NCBI GenBank assembly: GCA_965261395.1
Contig: OZ253462.1
Location: 2,912,001-2,976,000, forward strand
Reading direction: 5' to 3'
Source: Candidatus Latescibacterota bacterium
GTDB lineage: Bacteria > Latescibacterota > UBA2968 > UBA8231
DNA length: 64,000 nucleotides
Position 1 is the first letter of the stretch. Every line of letters starts with the position of its first letter. The notes under the pieces are model-generated. The model searched no databases. It was not told where the DNA came from and worked only from the letters and a program-made list of their open reading frames with translations. Shown piece by piece: positions 62,091 to 64,000 of the stretch. Both the position numbers and the translations under genes were made by a program.

Positions 62091-63748
62091 TAAGCGGTCT
62101 CCTTTTTGGTTTTGGATTTTTTCTCTGGCAAAGGAAGTTCGAGCTTGTCGTAAAGCGACTTGCTCTGCTTGGTCCAGCCAGCAAAGGTTGCGTTCAAGAT
62201 GCCGTAGGCATTGACGATTGTCTTGGCCTTCTCGGCGTCTTGCAAGGGCACGGGTGCCAGTCGGTCAAAAGTCGCAAGGGCTGCGCGGCGCATGATACCT
62301 AGCCAGTGCCGTGCGAGAGCGGTCTGGTCGAAGCCCCCATCTTCGGGCATTTCTTGGAGCAGATCGTCGAGCAGGTGGTGGAATTGGTCCTCGGTTGCGT
62401 CGAAGAAATCAGCCCGCGCTTGGTCGAGAATCCCCTTATCGTTTGAGGCATTCTTCTGGCCGCTGAAAAGTGCCTTTTTCAAGGCTGTTAACAACTGAGA
62501 AACCGCTTGATCGGCGGCTTCGGAGAAATGTCGGGCGAGATCGTCGAGAGCCTGTTGTTGATCGGATGTATTCGCCAGATGCAAAGGCTCCTCGGCGATG
62601 AGATAGGCGATTGCTTCCATGTTGTTCATGGCCCAACCGCCAACGCGGATGCGAGCATCGGCCGCTTGTTTATTCTGGCTAAGGGAATGGGAGCGATTAT
62701 TCTTGGAGAGCTTGATATTTGTGGGCTGTTCAGCCAGCTTGCCATCCTTGCTCCCTACCGTGACGGCAACCCAGTCTCGATAGCCAAAGCGTCCTGATTT
62801 TGGCTTGGCCGAATACGGCTCCCCTGCCTCTTTCAGGCGGCGGTAGGGCGTCAGCGGATGCTGCCATAGCCCATAATTTGTGCCGTAGGGCCTCTGGATA
62901 AATCCGGTGACCAGCGGTTCTTTTCTGCCGGTCATGGAGCAGATGCCCGGCTCGCTGGAAAAGACTAGCTGGATGCGGCGCGGCATACCGAAATACGCCT
63001 GCAAGGGGTGGGCGTCTGCTAGAGATACAGTACGACTTTTTTCCGATGTGAGTGTCGGGGCCATCCAAGGCAGGGCCTTGGGCAACTCATCTATTGGGAG
63101 TCGTTTATCGCAAGGCACCACATTGGCGAAAATTTTGTGCCACAAAGGCACGGGCGTTGCATCGTCATTAGTCGCCGGAACGACCAGTGCCGTCAAAGGC
63201 CCGCCTCCACGCATGGAAGTGCGGTTCCCGGCACCGCCGGCCGGCGCGTAGGCTTGCAGGGTGTACAGCGTCATGGCCGCAGCCGGTAGGCCAAGGGCAG
63301 CATAGCGGTTGCGGTGAGTCAATAGGTCCGAGTTTTTGCGCTGGCCGTTTTGCCCTGGTGTGTCGATGAGCAGTAGTTCAATAGGAGTTTCGTTGCCTTG
63401 CAGGGGCTCATAGTCCTGTAGGAAGCGCGGCCCTTCGCCGTTGAGATAGAAGGCAGAAACAAGAGGGGCGAGCTTTTCGGCGAGCGCGTCTCTATCCGGC
63501 GGATTGGTCCAAAAAGGACGCCAGTCGTCCTCTTCGCGGATATCGAAGGCCAACGAAATCACGCCGATGCAGAACTCGAAGCTCGCCATGTTGAAATCCG
63601 GGCGCGGCCAGTTAAACTCGACCGGGTAGTCTTCATCCAAGCCGTTGCTTTTGGGTCCAGCCACTAGTTCGGGAAAGGCAAGCCATCTCTGTGCTCCAGA
63701 TCGCATGACGACCGGGAGAAAGGGATCACTGAGCAGATTAAAAGTCAT
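62090..63748 (-). CDS. cas8e: Cas8e (Cse1) large subunit
   Basis: FNLLSDPFLPV, PRPDF, F.L.GEGPRFLQD, APAGGAG..MRGGGP, MPRRI, HPLTPY. Confidence 0.95.
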   Translation of the reverse strand: MTFNLLSDPFLPVVMRSGAQRWLAFPELVAGPKSNGLDEDYPVEFNWPRPDFNMASFEFCIGVISLAFDIREEDDWRPFWTNPPDRDALAEKLAPLVSAFYLNGEGPRFLQDYEPLQGNETPIELLLIDTPGQNGQRKNSDLLTHRNRYAALGLPAAAMTLYTLQAYAPAGGAGNRTSMRGGGPLTALVVPATNDDATPVPLWHKIFANVVPCDKRLPIDELPKALPWMAPTLTSEKSRTVSLADAHPLQAYFGMPRRIQLVFSSEPGICSMTGRKEPLVTGFIQRPYGTNYGLWQHPLTPYRRLKEAGEPYSAKPKSGRFGYRDWVAVTVGSKDGKLAEQPTNIKLSKNNRSHSLSQNKQAADARIRVGGWAMNNMEAIAYLIAEEPLHLANTSDQQQALDDLARHFSEAADQAVSQLLTALKKALFSGQKNASNDKGILDQARADFFDATEDQFHHLLDDLLQEMPEDGGFDQTALARHWLGIMRRAALATFDRLAPVPLQDAEKAKTIVNAYGILNATFAGWTKQSKSLYDKLELPLPEKKSKTKKETA

Positions 63749-63792
63749 TGATATCTCCTTAAAATATATAACTAACCAACAGCTTACTACAT

Positions 63793-63821
63793 ACTCTAAA
63801 GAGGCAATCGTACCTTGTCAA
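63793..63821 (-). promoter_or_regulatory. Predicted cascade operon promoter TTGACA-17-TAGAGT
   Basis: Consensus -35 at 63821-63816, -10 at 63798-63793, AAGGAG RBS at 63760-63755. Confidence 0.75.
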
Positions 63822-63842
63822 GGGCAAGTTGCGGTCCATCAT

Positions 63843-63919
63843 TAATTAATCCCCGTGTGTACGGGGAACACGTTAGCCGACAGCATACTACGGCTCATTC
63901 CCGCGTCTGCGGGACAACA
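63843..63919 (-). ncRNA. crRNA-like regulatory RNA (CreR-type mini-array) with 19 nt spacer targeting the cas8e promoter
   Basis: Two diverged repeats with compensatory stems; spacer matches 63771-63789 with ATG PAM. Confidence 0.85.
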
Positions 63920-64000
63920 AATCTAAAGCCCAGTCGGGCACAGTACATAAAATAACCGTCATCCTTCGCCCCTTCCAATCGCACCCTACTGCCCCCTTCT

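Noticed and set aside
63920-64000. Absence of cas3 as evidence for an interference-less system
   Set aside because: The window ends about 250 bp upstream of cas8e; cas3 may lie just outside
63749-64000. A CreT-like toxin RNA paired with the regulatory mini-array
   Set aside because: No convincing toxin mini-ORF seen, and the identified target is the cas8e promoter itself
1-64000. tRNA or rRNA genes
   Set aside because: No cloverleaf or rRNA-like sequence recognised by eye

Overview
GC-rich bacterial chromosomal window. Secreted proteins with FlgD-Ig/T9SS-like C-termini suggest an FCB-group organism such as Latescibacterota or Gemmatimonadota (inference). Left to right: an imelysin/di-haem/porin iron-uptake operon, then glnD. 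Next is a ~20 kb defence island (6.8-27 kb) with MNT-HEPN and VapBC toxin-antitoxin (TA) modules, type I RM stubs, an Avs-like nuclease-STAND gene carrying an in-frame MITE, a Dsr1-like SIR2 gene split by an IS5/IS1031 element, and a tandem ATPase/ATPase-TPR pair. A metabolic region follows, containing an unannotated UGA-recoded (selenocysteine, UxxC) redoxin and more TA modules. The window ends with a type I-E CRISPR-Cas locus: 68 repeats plus cas8e-cas11-cas7-cas5-cas6e-cas1-cas2, with cas3 not in the window. The most striking signal is eight CRISPR repeats lying outside the array, all in the sense Cas6e would cleave on the cas mRNA. Two form a mini-array upstream of cas8e whose 19-nt spacer matches the cas8e promoter with an ATG PAM and mismatches at positions 6/12/18. 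Two lie between cas7 and cas5. Two are written in frame inside the cas6e coding sequence. Two form a mini-array inserted at the cas6e/cas1 junction whose spacer is a homologue of that junction. Together these suggest multi-layer RNA-based self-regulation of the cas operon. Three array spacers also look like type I-E repeat mimics (candidate RNA anti-CRISPR targets). All alignments and counts were done by eye.
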